Shown: positions 23,031 through 37,424, numbered from the stretch's first letter. The stretch is 64,000 bases of DNA from Chrysomallon squamiferum (GCA_012295275.1 CM022673.1:11718001-11782000), one strand, 5' to 3'. Notes: generated by a model from the sequence alone, not told the origin. Made by a program: numbers and translations.

Positions 23031-25752
23031 TAAGAAACAAAAATGTCTCTATTGTGATGCCTTCTTGACTACGCACAGACATTACTTCTACAGTTTAACC
23101 ATGTGAATTCACATACTGATATAATATTTGTTATTATAATATGAACGTAACATGGATACACATCCACATTTCTCTGAGAAAACTAGCAGCTAAAAGACTG
23201 AGAAATTACCAGGGAGTTTTTCGAAAATGAAATAATAACAGTTTAATTCTTAATAGTTAGATACTAAACAAGTAACTTTTAACAGTATATATATATATAT
23301 GTGTAAATAAGTAATTTATTTTTCAAGAACTTTTCTCTATTTTACAATGAAATATTTAATTTTTTTACAGGAGAACGTATGTAACTTTCTACATTTTGTA
23401 TTGTACAAGTGATTTTTGCTGTATTCCACAATGACGCATTTGTATTGTAGAAGAAGCTGTGTATTACTCTGAATTTTTATGTCCTGCTCTATAAGATCTG
23501 CAGTATTGAAATAAAATTATCATCCTTTATAATGAACAGAATTCTACATGTTGTTCTGCATTATTCTACAATGACATTCTCATTATCTCTGTCTCTTTCA
23601 CATTGCAGTACGTGCACTTTCGTACGTAAATTTCTACTAATGTTTGCAATACAATACTCTGAACAGAATTTTTCCTAATTTGCAAGAAATCGTTCTGCAA
23701 TAAAGTACTTTTTCTGTGAGAAACCCTACAACGACGTACTTGTTTTGTTGAATACGGCTGCAGTAATATGTATTAAACTATTTCGCTTGCACGATCTACT
23801 TTAACTGTTTTGTACTAAGTCATAAACAGTCGGCTTGGAACAACAAACCTTTTAACGAGCTGGAATTGTATATATATATATATGTATATATTTGTTTTAT
23901 ATATAATTAAAAATAAAATAGCTATAATGTATTACCACTTCATTAACAGCCATGCCTTTCACAGAAAAAGCAAAAGTTGTATTTTCAATACGGCGTGTTG
24001 AATTCTGTTATTTATAATAGTCAAAAATAATATCAGTTAATTATTTTGGAATATAAATCCTGGAAAAGTTTTGTTATGTTGAATTGCATTTTTTATAGTT
24101 TTTATTGTTACGTCGCAGATGAAAAAATCATCTTCAGTGTGTATCTGTGTTTCAGCATTTAAAATAATACACAGACTTTTAAATGTGTGTGTGTATTTGT
24201 GTGTCTGTTAGTGCGCGTGCGTGTATATGTTTAATAAATGGTTGCTGTCTTAAGAAAACTGTTATTTGTCCTGAACAGGAATTAACTGATTTCATTGTCG
24301 CCTACAACACAAAATGGTTCTTAAATAAAGTATCGGAGCAAAAGTAGTTCCGTCCCCAAAAGCTATATTTTTTAACAGAAATTTATCTAATCAATCCAAC
24401 CTTTTCATTATTTATAGTAATTTCGGGATATGTGTGTGTGTCTTTATTTTTTTCGCTATTGAAATTTAGATATATAAAAACTGTCATGGAAAATTCTGAT
24501 ACCAAAAAAAAAATGTGGATATATATGTTTTTGTAATGTGCCATTTTTTAATCACTATTAAAATAAAATAATATATATATACATATACGTATAAATTGCT
24601 TAATAAGAATAAATATGTATACTTCCATATGCTTGTTTTATTTATTTATTCATGGACAGTAGTCACTGCTAATAACCAAATATCAGTGAAATAAAAACAT
24701 CAAAGAAATGTAAAACTTCTATCATGCATTTTTTTTTTTTGAAACAAAGTAAATTGGTAAAAATACATTTATTGTTGCGTGTTCACTTTTATCATTATCG
24801 ACTTTGACGTATTTCGATTATATATAAAAAAAAAATTGTAATTCCATGTATGAAATAATGATTCTTCGTGGTTATCTAATGCTTTCATCATAAATATATT
24901 TACCCACTGTACTTTTTCTTATTTATTACTCTTAGTTTTCTTCTTTTTTTTTTTTTTTTTTTTTTGTTTCTCTACTATTATTTTCTACTGTAGATGCGAT
25001 TTATGTTTCTGAAGCACGAGATACTACTGCAGTAGATATTTAATTAACTAGTACATTAATGTTAATATGGTTAAATTACATCTAAATTAATAATTTGCCC
25101 TTGCTTCCTGAAATAAATAGTTTCCTTTCATGTACTTGAAACAAAACACAAATCGTTTTACGGAACCGTATCAAACAGAACGTAATTTTATCTTAAAACA
25201 GTTTAACAACCTTCACATGCAAAAAGTCAAAGGATATTTCTATCTGTCTGTCTGTCTGTCAGCCTATCTGTCTATCTATTTTTCTACTATCTGTCTATAT
25301 GTCTGTTTGTCTCTCTGTCTGCCTTCATGCCTGCCTCTCTGTCTACCTCTCTGTCTGTCTGTCTGTTTGTCTATCTATCTCTCTATCTATCTATTTTCCT
25401 TATTTCTTTTTCGTTCCATATTTTTCCTTTTAGATAATAATTGTATGTCGAGATAAATTTGATTTTCCCAGACACTAAACATGACTAATTCTCTGTCAGG
25501 TTTGTACTGAGCGGGTATTGACTGGCACGTACAGGTAAGTAATCTATATAAATAATTACAGGTGTAAAAGTCAGAAAGTAATTAGTTCGCGATTCTTCGA
25601 CTTCCATTATTAATGGCTGAAATCATATACTGAATCCTGAGCTAAACAAAAGCAACACAGATAAAAATAGCAACAACAGTAGTAATAAATAAATAAACAG
25701 ACAAAAATAATGATGATGATTGAATTTTTTTTGAGTAAGCACGTTTGAAATA

Positions 25753-25823
<71 letters not shown>

Positions 25824-25884
25824 TGATTAGAAGCTATTTTATCTGTTTTAATACGTCATCTATGCTCATCGTTTCGCTCAAATA

Positions 25885-26104
25885 CAGGGTGGTCCAAAAG
25901 TAGGTAGACAGTATATGCGGGTTAGGGTTAGGGTTATATTATTACAATGGTGTTCATTATAACTATGGGTTTCGTGCTATATTATTTTAAATTTTATAAC
26001 TACAATTTACTGTCCACCTACGTTTGGAGTAAATATACTTGTATATGTAATCTCAAAATAAATGTTATCATTTACTGTCCACCTGCTTTTGGACCATTCC
26101 TCTG
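25885..26104. mobile_element. Tc1/mariner-type MITE (~220 bp) with TA target-site duplication
   Basis: Left end TA|CAGGGTGGTCCAAAAGTAGGTAGACAGTA and right end TACTGTCCACCTGCTTTTGGACCATTCCTCTG|TA are imperfect inverted repeats; no ORF. Confidence 0.8.
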
Positions 26105-26869
26105 TATATAAAGGAGGAAATTACGTGACAGGAAAAAGTTTTAAACTTAGTTTGCTTTTTATTATATTTAACATTTTTTTTTTTTTTTTTTTTGGTTATG
26201 TTTCTGACTCAGAATGTAAATAAGCAGTGGTTTTTAATCAAATATAGTCATTGCGAATCTAAATAATTATACACAAAACAATATTGTTTACCTTCAGTTC
26301 GGGTTCAAAGAACTGTGCTCCGCCATTTTGAAAACTATATTAAGACCTGATATCAAATTTAAATTACGGCTTCACATCTTAGAACGAAATTATGTCACTG
26401 AATTATACGTCTCAGCATCTGCAAACTGAAGCTCATTGTCATATGAATGCTATGGTGGAATTCAGCCATTTGTAGTTCTAAGTTGAATATAGCTGGTTAA
26501 TTGACAGCTGACAAAATTGTTTTTATCTCGAATATGTCTGTTTATCTTATATATTACATTAGAAAACATACGGTAAAAAACAATTTCAAGTGTTTAAAAT
26601 AAAGGATGGATTTAGACTAAGATTTATTCTAGGTTTTTTTTTTTTTTTTTTTAATAACGTAACCTGTCTTATATAACGCAAAAAGAATCTTTATGAGGAT
26701 ATAATTATATTACATGTAACATCTTATAAATAATGAAAACTGATTTAGATTTTATACATCATTTGGAAAGGAACAATTTTATACGTCCTGACAGTTCAGG
26801 TATTTTTAAGAACAAATGAATGTAGAGTTGTAAAAAAAAAGATTAAATACTGTGAATGCTACGTAATAG

Positions 26870-27159
26870 TTTTATTAGTAACAAAGTAGGTTTAATGTTG
26901 ACATCAATCTTTGCTAATAGTAAAGTATATTTAAAACTGACACTAATCATTGCTAATAGTAAAGCACATTTAATACAGACACCAATCTTGGCTAATAGTA
27001 AATATGTTTAATCGAGACACTAATCTTTGCTAATAATAAAGTATGTTTAAATACAGACACCAATCTTTACTACTAATAAAGTATGTTTAATATTGATACC
27101 ATCCTTTGCTAATAGTAAAGTATGTTTAATAATCACACCAATCTTTGCTAATAATAAAG
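26870..27159 (+). repeat. 39-bp minisatellite, ~7 copies
   Basis: Unit aatctttgctaatagtaaagtatgtttaatacagacacc repeated at 26906, 26945, 26984, ~27022, ~27062, ~27100, ~27140. Confidence 0.9.
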
Positions 27160-28188
27160 ACCAAACTATGAGAAGACCATGAACATGCACAGAACCTGTC
27201 GTGTTTTTATAAAACACAACTCGTCTTTCTTTCTTTTTCTTTTTTCATTTTTTCTTTTCTTTTCTTTTCTTTTTTCTTGTTTGGGTGGGGGGATAAAAGG
27301 TGTTCTAGTAAGAATGCACTATTTAAAAAAAAAAAAAAAAAAAAAAAATTTAATTAAAAATTATACTTTGGAGATTCGTCATTTAGAACTGATAGATTTT
27401 CCAAGGAGATGCATATTGATCGTTGACAGCTGATTCGGTAATATCCGCTTCGGGATATGGAGGGTTCAGGCTTAATTTAATACATGCTGAAAATAAACTG
27501 AATTCAACTGAAATGCAATGACGCAGAAGTTTTTTTATTATTATTTTAAAAACAGGTCTGTTTTATAAAATAAAAGGAAGTGAGAAACACGAGAAAAAAC
27601 AACAACAAACAAACGAAAAAAGAAAAAAAGGAACAAACAACAAAAAACAAAAAACAAAACAACAACAAAAGAGAAAACACATCTGATTTCCTTTGTCGTC
27701 GTTACATCAGTACGTCTACGTCTTCCTCAAAATCAAAACTAAAGATCTGAGACATCATCATAATTGTTATTACAGTAACTACAAGATCATCATCATCATC
27801 GTCATCATTATCTTGACTACTTCAATCATTTTTGTCATTATCATTTAAACAAAAATTATGTAATTTATCATTATCATCATATAATATGAACATCATCAAT
27901 AACGTTGCCGTCATCACCATCACCATCATCATCGTTTATTAGTTTCTCAATCAAAACACATTAAACAGAAAAAGCCGAGTCGCTTAGTATCCGTACAAGT
28001 AATTATCTGTAGTTACCTGAATTACTAAAAACACGAATTTAATCTGATCAGTTAGTCTCCTGTACACTGACTTTAACACGCTCTTTTGCTTGTACATAAA
28101 TTTCTTATTTATTGTAATAATACCTGAAGCCATTTTCAATACTAACGACTGTTAGGTGTTAGATGTTTTAATTATGATTATGATTATG

Positions 28189-28238
<50 letters not shown>

Positions 28239-29305
28239 TAATGATACATGAGGCAAGGTTTTTCTCATTAAATTTTGAAAATGAAAAAAGAAAAACGAAA
28301 TAAATAAATTTAAAAAAAAAAAAAAAATAAATTTAAAAAAATAAAATAAATAAATATGTAAATAATTTAAAAAAATAAAAAAAAATAAATATGTAAATAA
28401 ATAAAATAAATAAATATGTAGATAAAATAAATAAATAAATAAATAAAATTAGAAAAAAAAAAAAAAAAAAACAAATAAATATTAAAAAAAATAAATAAAA
28501 GTAAATTAAAAATTAAAAACTGCGAGAGAAAGAGAGAGAACAACAAAACAAAAACACCGAAGAATAATACAGAGGTAAAACAAACAAATAAATCTCTTTG
28601 TAATCTTCTACGTCTTCGCTAGAGATAGGTTTCTGGCTGGAGGTTCAAACATTCCCTGTCATATTTTAGCTTTAGACGTTATCTTCAGATCTGTCAGATT
28701 ACAGAATGCTTTCTCACTGGCTTCCTCATTTGGCCGATTTCAGTATTAAAGACCATGATAAATGTTTTTTTTTTTTTTTTTTTTGTAAAATGGGCACCCA
28801 CACCAAACTGTTTCTTTTCTTCTGCTTCTTTTTATTTATTTATTTACTTTATTATATCAAAATTAATTTCATCTTCAAGATTATATTCATCGCATTGATA
28901 CTGTCCCCCACCCTTGTTTGAATCCTGGATCCGCTCCTGCTATTTAATCTCAGGTAAATGATGTGTAGTATTAATTCTAAACGAAACGCGAAAATGTTCT
29001 TTTTCAATTACGTTAACGATGAACAAATATTGATACTTAATTAACAGTGCAAGTTTAACATACCCTTTGTGGTCAATGAATGGACATTTACTGACCGAGT
29101 TTTTGACTTACATCAACTACGACAACGTGCTTGACACGTTTATGGTTGTCGATCCGGCAATGAACATTAACTTGGAATAAACTGGCGAAGTGAAACACGT
29201 ATATTATACCCATAGCTGCCACTGTTGAACGAAACAATTTAACCTTTTGTGTTTGCTTTTTACAGATCAGTCTATTTCTCCGTGTTTCTTTCTTACGCAA
29301 TTTTA

Positions 29306-29432
29306 ATAATAATAATAATAGTAATAATAACAATAACAATGATAATAATAATAATCATCATCATAAAATAGCATAATGGTGATGGCAATAATGATGATAA
29401 TGATGATGATGATAATAATAATAATAATAATG

Positions 29433-29482
<50 letters not shown>

Positions 29483-29520
29483 GATAATGATGATGATAAT
29501 TGCAACTGTGATGATGGCGT
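29306..29520. repeat. (AAT/GAT)n trinucleotide tract
   Basis: Direct reading. Confidence 0.9.
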
Positions 29521-30229
29521 TGAAGAAACACTTACTACAATAATAACATAATTACCATCACCACCATCACCACCAACCAACACCAACCACAACTACTACT
29601 ACTTTTTCTGACACAGATGCTATTACGGTTTCATACAATCAATCACACCATCAGAATACAATTAGTTTCAGCATTAGTAAAAAAAAACCGCTTCTGACAG
29701 TTCTTAGATCTAAACTGCAGGACTATCATTAAAATTCTCCATTTCATAAGTTTAGAAGAAAAAAAAAATGAAGAATGAAAGAAAGAAAAAGAATAAAAAG
29801 AAAACGGACGAAGTACTAACATAGTCCACTACAAATGACAAACGTTACAACGATTTCAAAGTGTCTTGCAGTTAGGGTAACGAACTCTCTCTCCCCCGGC
29901 TCGCAAACGGAAGTAGAGTGGGATGGGCTAATTCACGGATACGTAAGCCGAGTCACTGTTAATTTTCGTTAAACAACTTGTGTGGAACAAATGTTAATTA
30001 ATCCAGCACATTAGGCGCGGAAAAAAAAAAAAGATAAAAAAAACATTCGCGTGTCTCGTTTGCTTTTTGCTGCAGATTAATGAAATATACTTACTCAGTA
30101 ATGCTATCTCAGATTTTCATTTATAATTTTCTATCATATCTCACGTGGGTGCATAATTTAATTATTAATTAAGTTTTTTTTTTTGAATTATGATGATGAT
30201 GATGATGATGATGATGATTAATGTTATTA

Positions 30230-30270
<41 letters not shown>

Positions 30271-30982
30271 TTATTTTCTTGTGTCTTTTTTTTCTCTTTT
30301 ACTTTCTCTTTTATTTCTTACGGAATTTGTTCGTTTTCATATTTCATTTGATCATTTTGGTTTTTTCTTTTATTCTGGGACTAACTCTGAAAATAGACTT
30401 GTATCATGATACTTGACATTTGAATAATTCCCGTTAAAAACACAGATTCATCATATACGTTTTAAAATGTCTGCAGATTTGAAATGTATATGTTTTAAAA
30501 TCCATCAAGACCTCTTAGAATAGATAAAACTATAATTATAGATTTATTTGACACAAATTATTTTTGGGGTCATTTAACATCAAATAAATACATTTTTACA
30601 TATGTACATATGTTGATAAAATATTCTGGTCATCTATATAATGTTTTTCAAGTTCAGTAGGTCAGTAGCATTTATTAAAATTTCCTTTCACTGACAAAAG
30701 AAGTGTACAACTGTGTTATTCTAGATACTAAACTCGGTGATGCTGTACACGTGATACGACGACATTCTAAGCTGCATGACGTCCACGAATCAGTGTGACG
30801 GCATCTACGTGTTTCCGATGTAATCCTTGTCGCGTAGAATCAATTAACAGTCACGTCCAGAACAAAACACGAAACAAGATCTGATGGTAATCGTTGATCT
30901 GTTTCTAACAAAGGAATGAAAAATGTTTCTTCTTCTTTGTTTGTTCTTGAACGAACTGTACGATACTTACCGCTAAAAAAAA

Positions 30983-31030
<48 letters not shown>

Positions 31031-31210
31031 GTAGAAGAGGAATGAAGATAATTAGATTTCTTTCTAAATGACCTTTACGATATTTATTGATTTTATTCTT
31101 AGCGAAGTGAAAACTGTATCGTTTTCTGAAAATTACTAATAACTGATTAGTTACATAGATAGATAATGAAACAGACAAACAGCCATGTGTGTATATGTGT
31201 GTAGGTTTGT

Positions 31211-31246
31211 ATGTGTGTGTATGTGTGTGTGTATGTATGTATATGC

Positions 31247-31326
<80 letters not shown>
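31211..31326. repeat. Compound (GT)n(GA)n microsatellite
   Basis: Direct reading. Confidence 0.9.
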
Positions 31327-31328
<2 letters not shown>

Positions 31329-31913
31329 TATATGTATGTGTATACTACATCCTTGAGAATGATAAACTACAACAATCCAATAAACAATATTATAATACCA
31401 TATCATTTACATACAGCTAAATTACTACGAGAAAATAAAAATAATCTGCTTTGTTTTGAACAAACTATTTCCCGGAGAAGCCGGAAAACACTTTAAAAGT
31501 TGCTGATTCACGGCTGTTCTTTTATTTAGAACAACGGAAACCTCACTGAAAAAAAAACAACAAAACATTATGTCATTTATCGTTTCGTTGCTATCTAATG
31601 TCTAATGTTTTGTTTGTGATTCCGTTGTCATTTTTGTCCTGATTTAATAATGAAATGTTAGTATGGTAATTTGAGATGGTTTATCAAAAAGTGCAGTAAT
31701 CATGGTTTATTTTTACAAAGAAAATCTTTTAATTTATTTTTTATTTTTTTTTTTTTTTTTCAAATTTCAAAACGTACGACGTAACCTGATAATCATTAAT
31801 CGTTATAAATTTATTACTTTTATTTAATTTCTGAAGTTCGTGACTCACCGAGTATTAGTAAGCTTGGGAAATAGGTAAGTCTTTTTAGTCTTAACTTAAA
31901 GAAATACAGTTAA

Positions 31914-31974
<61 letters not shown>

Positions 31975-32901
31975 TTATAATAATAACTAAAAAAAAAAAA
32001 AATGAACACAATCATGGCGTATAAGATTAAGTAAACAAAACTGCAAACAAAATAAATCATTCATATAAAAATGTGTTGGTTTTCTTAATAAAAGTTTTTG
32101 TTGTTTTTTTTACTTATTTCGTTGAGATAATCAATGTACTATTATTTATAAAAAAAATAAACATAAGTTAGTAGTGCCGAATGATTTTATCGATAGAAGA
32201 GAATTAACCTACGATCTTTAATGTTGTCATTAACAAACAAAAAGTCTACGTTTTAAAACCCTGAGTTAATCTAACCATCCATCTTCCTTTCGTGTACACA
32301 AACATCACGTCAGAAGAATCTAGACCGAATCCCTTTAATTATTCGCCTCATTTCCCACAATGCATCATCCCTCTTTTTTTCTGTTTTTTTTGGCCGGTGT
32401 ATCTGTTTTTATTTGCACATCCTACTTTTTGGCATAGAATCGTGCGCAAAGTGTAATGTTAACAAGTCAAATTTGTGGCCCATATTTGATTATTATTTGT
32501 GACCTGTCGCCTGCACGTGATATTTTCCTAAAACAAATACAGCCTGATGAACCAGTCGAGTGGGAAGGTAGGACAGTGTTGAACAAGGATTGATACACGA
32601 GGAGGGAGGTATGTGTGTACAAACATACGCACGAAGGAAAAAAGTCTGTAGTGTTTAACAGCGCGGTCCTAAGACGTGATCGGTTCTAAGAGCAAATCCT
32701 GCTCATACAGCTCTTTGGGTTATTCCCGTTCTAACCACGAATAGCTCATTAGAGGTCGTATTTTCTTTGGGGGAAAATGATGTTGTAGACACAGAGTATC
32801 CTATGAGATGCAGGCCGCACGTTTTCTTCCTCGGATCATTGCTATACAAGACTGTGTGACTGACATTTAATATGTGTTAATATGTGTATGAGTGTGTGTG
32901 T

Positions 32902-32932
<31 letters not shown>

Positions 32933-32949
32933 AATCTATATCTCTATCA

Positions 32950-32999
<50 letters not shown>

Positions 33000-33618
33000 C
33001 TATATCTCTATCAATCTATGTATATGTAAATATACATACACACATATTCACTAACACACACACACTCACCCTCACACCTCTTATATATGAATATACCGTA
33101 TCATCCAAAAACATCATCATCATCGTTCTAGACGTCATCGTCATTGGTAATAGAAATGGAATGTAACAGTTTGTATTAGAAGCTGGTATTCAGGACTGCA
33201 GTGACTGTTTTTACACGTGTTAAATAAACAACTGCCCACTGCTTCGTGTTCCGGGAGATGTGGGAGACAGGTGAAATAGACAATGTCCAGTTTGTCCACG
33301 TGTATGACGTATACCAGAGGGATAGGTCACTTAAAGTCCTCGCCTACGTCAAATGTTTGTGTCCTGTGAAATCCTCGTAAAAAATTCCTCGATGAAAAAA
33401 TGATTGATGAAAAATTAATGAAAATAATAAATAAAATTAATGAAAACAACAACAATAATAATGATGATGATGATGATAATAATAATAATAATAAAATATA
33501 TACTTTTGTCCATGCACACAGACACATACAAACACACACACACAAAAACACACATATACACATGTACTATATACATACATAAATTACAAAAACACACATT
33601 CATATTGATATAAATTAT

Positions 33619-33674
<56 letters not shown>

Positions 33675-34490
33675 ATACACTTAGAAAGTGCCATTCCTCA
33701 AACAAATTAATACATCCACGACACTTTATCAAAAATAATCTGATTTACCAATATTTAGTAAAAGTTTAGAATTTCACATAAGTTCATGAATTTGGCTTAC
33801 TTTTCTTTGTTAAGATATTTGTCAATACAGAAAGGAAGATCTTAGCAATATAAACAATCTATACGTAAATTAGTTTAATATAATCATATATTATTTATTT
33901 ACAATAAATCTAAACCTCCTGAGTACCTTAGCAACGTGAATTTCTATAGTCAATATGTGTTTAATATCTCCCAACTCTTTAGAAAACTTCGGCAATTGGG
34001 TGATAAGAAAAAAGGTGCCATGAGATATATTTCTCAAATATCGTTTAAACTAAATCTTCTTATAGTATACAAATATTTTGATATCTGAATATGTACAAGG
34101 TTGTTTTTCAAGATTCGATCTTAAAGCTTTTGGATAAATAAATTTCAAGGTTTCTGTACATTTATTTACTTTTATAAGGAGAGTTAAAATAAAATAAAAT
34201 TGTAAATAAGCGTTAATATTCATTTATTTTACGTGTCAGAAATAGTAGATAATACTGATGAGATCAAACTTATAAATACTTATAATTATAAATATTATTA
34301 TATATTCATGTACGTACTCACATATACACGCTTACATACACACATACATACATACAAATTCATTCATACATATGTTCGTACATACATACACAAAAGAATA
34401 TAAATATAATAAACATAAATTAAAAACATTAAATGAAAAGTTAATGAAAAGAACTAACATAAATAAACAATAACAGCATAAGATATTTAA

Positions 34491-34568
<78 letters not shown>

Positions 34569-34921
34569 GTAAATAAGAAAAAAGAATAGAAAGAAAACAA
34601 TAACAACAAATAAATTATCTATGAATATTAATTATTCCACTACTAACTAAACTAAATAATTATTCAGTATTTTTTTTTTTTTTTCATTCAGTAAACAAAC
34701 ACAATTTTATAAGAGACAGCAGAACAAAAAAGATTTGGCAAAAGAAATCACATCCTGTGCAGATTCACCTTTTTTGGAAAAGATTTCTCCTTTTTCAGTT
34801 TCTATTCTTTCTTACTTTCTTTCTTTCTTTCTTTCTTTTGATTAAATTTACGTTAAAAGAATACGAAATAGATTTCTTTTAAGTTATATATAATGTATGT
34901 ATATGTATGTGTATGTATGTA

Positions 34922-34966
<45 letters not shown>

Positions 34967-35751
34967 ATACACATACATATATATATATATATATACATAT
35001 ATGTATGTATCTATATATATATGATATAAAACGATCAGGTAGATAGGTAGATAGGTAGGTACAGAAAAGATAGGTAGATAAAACAAAAACAAATATAAGA
35101 CCTTTGATCTTTTTTATTAGAAATGATTAAATGGGCGTATCTGATTTCATTGATGACGTCACTGCTAAGACGTAACAAATATCTTAAAATATTTTATTTG
35201 TTCAAATTTTCACCATCCCCACTCTGGGAAAACGATGAACATATTTGATATCAAAAGGGCCCGTCGAAGAAGAAGAAGAAGAAGAAGAAGAAGAAGAAGA
35301 AAAAAACTCCGAACCTTCAATTAACCTGAAGGGAACATCCCCATTTTAAAATTATCATGCACTAGATAAAACATCGAACACTAGGTGCAAAAAACAAATA
35401 TAAGACCTTCTTGAAGACACGTCAATCAAGAAAAAATTTGTTCAAACACCCGCCACTCTTCTTTACCTGAATTGTCGTTTAGAAAACATCGAACAGGTGC
35501 AGCGAGACACGAATCATTTGCTTCTCCGAATTGTCGTTTAGAATATAGTATACGTTGAATTTCTTACGTAGCAGAGAGGCAGACGAACTTCGCAAAAATT
35601 TCAAAGTTGTCTTTTAGATAATAGTTTATTTTAAAATTTACTCATTTGTGTTACGGATTGAAATATTAAGAATAAAATAGATTCAGGACGTTTGAAAAAT
35701 ATCAGTTTATAAAGGATTTTAATTTTAATTTTGAAAAAGAAGAAAAGAAAA

Positions 35752-35785
35752 ATGAAGCACTGGATATTACTTGCTGCTGTGTTTG
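35752..35785 (+). CDS. GPI-protein exon 1 (signal peptide start MKHWILLAAVF)
   Basis: aaaATGA context, G|gtaaga phase-1 donor; completes a signal peptide with the 41432 exon. Confidence 0.7.
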
Positions 35786-37387
35786 GTAAGAATTTCAGAA
35801 TTTTTTTTTCTTGTCATGTTTTTTTTTTTTTTTTTTCTTTCTTTATTTTATTTTATTTTATTTTATTCTGTTCCTTGAGTAACTTTTTGATCATTTTTTC
35901 TTTCATTCAGTTTCTCTTTCTTGGTTTTCTTTTCTTCTGTTTTTACATTTCTTTTTTTTTTTCTTTTATTTATTTTGTTTCCATCTCGTACATTCTTTCT
36001 TCTTTTCCTTTCTATTCTTTCAGTTTTTTCATTCTTTTTCTTTCATTGTTGCTTCGTCTTTCTTTCAGATTAGTTTATTTTATTTTATTTTAAATTATCA
36101 TTTGTTTTGTTTCCCTATCATCACTTTTTCCAGCATTCTTTTCATTATTTTGTTTTTTTTCTATGTTTTTATTTTATTCTTTCACTTTCATTTTCAGTCT
36201 TTAGAATTAGATAAAATTGGAATGTTTTTTTCTTTTTCAACTTCAGATTCTTTCCTTTTTTATTCGACAAAATGAAAATTATTCTATTTTTATTTTCTTT
36301 CGCTTCCGTAATATGTTCTAATTGGACGAATAGTTAAATTATATTTCTCTTTAATAATAATAATAAAAAATAATAATCACAGTCATAAAAAAGACTCCAG
36401 TAAAATTAAGAAAATATATACTGACTGTTGATAAAAAAGTAAAAAAATGATAATGCTTGTCTTTATTACAACAACAACAACAACAACAACAGCAGCAGCA
36501 ACAGCATTAACAATAATAATAGAAACAACAAATTAAAAACGATATTCAACAATAGAAAATCATTAAAAAACGTACACACAGGCAACAAGCAACAACAAAC
36601 AGCAAGCAATATACAAGGTTACACAATGACAGATGCATTTAGGTTAAAAAACAAAACCAAACAAAATACAAAAACAAATAATTATAAATAAAACTAAAAC
36701 TCATTTACCATCACTTGAAATGTCAACAAAATCATTAACCGTATTATTTTTTTTTTTTAATTATTTCTGTAACAGTAAGAATAACCACACATACTGGTAT
36801 AACAATGTCAATGTCGGGAATTTAAAATAACAGTTTGTTTAAATTACAATGATGACAAATCCTTGATATAATTACTGATGAGAAATTGTATCAAAATGTC
36901 TTTACAATTTTTTTTTTCTTCTAAATCACGAACAGCGTTTTTGCAGTTATTTATTTTAGACTTTGTCGATGTTGTTGTAGTCATCGTTTTTATTATTAAG
37001 GAAGAATTTTTGCATCTGTTGTTATTATCACCGTCATCGCCGTCGTCATTGTCATCATTATTACTGTTATAACTTTATTAATAGCTTACAGCGATATTCG
37101 TTACTCGGATAGTTGCAGCACCGAACGTGAATATTATCCAAAGTGAATGAAAGAAAAGTTGGTACTATCCTTTTAAACGCTAATATTAAAGACACTAAGA
37201 AGTAATTTATTTTATGTTCGGTAATAATTATTTAAGTATAGAATTAATTACGTTAGGAAGAAAAACAAGGAAATTAATATAAAGGGGAAAAAAGAGAAAA
37301 GAGCATACAGTTAATAATTCTATATTACCATATGGTAACAATAAAAAAGGAATGATAAGACTAGGACGAATGTAGATGTGTTATAAA

Positions 37388-37424
<37 letters not shown>

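Noticed and set aside
25919-25936. TTAGGG run as a telomere or chromosome-fusion scar
   Set aside because: Only about 3 units, and they lie inside a MITE
28900-28940. GGATCCGCTCCTG-like transposon end (similar motif near 52405-52425) and a TTAACCCT piggyBac-like start near 11391
   Set aside because: Isolated short motifs with no matching opposite terminus or target-site duplication
29076-29180. 34-aa plus-strand ORF MNGHLLTEFLTYINYDNVLDTFMVVDPAMNINLE
   Set aside because: Short enough to arise by chance; no supporting splice or homology evidence
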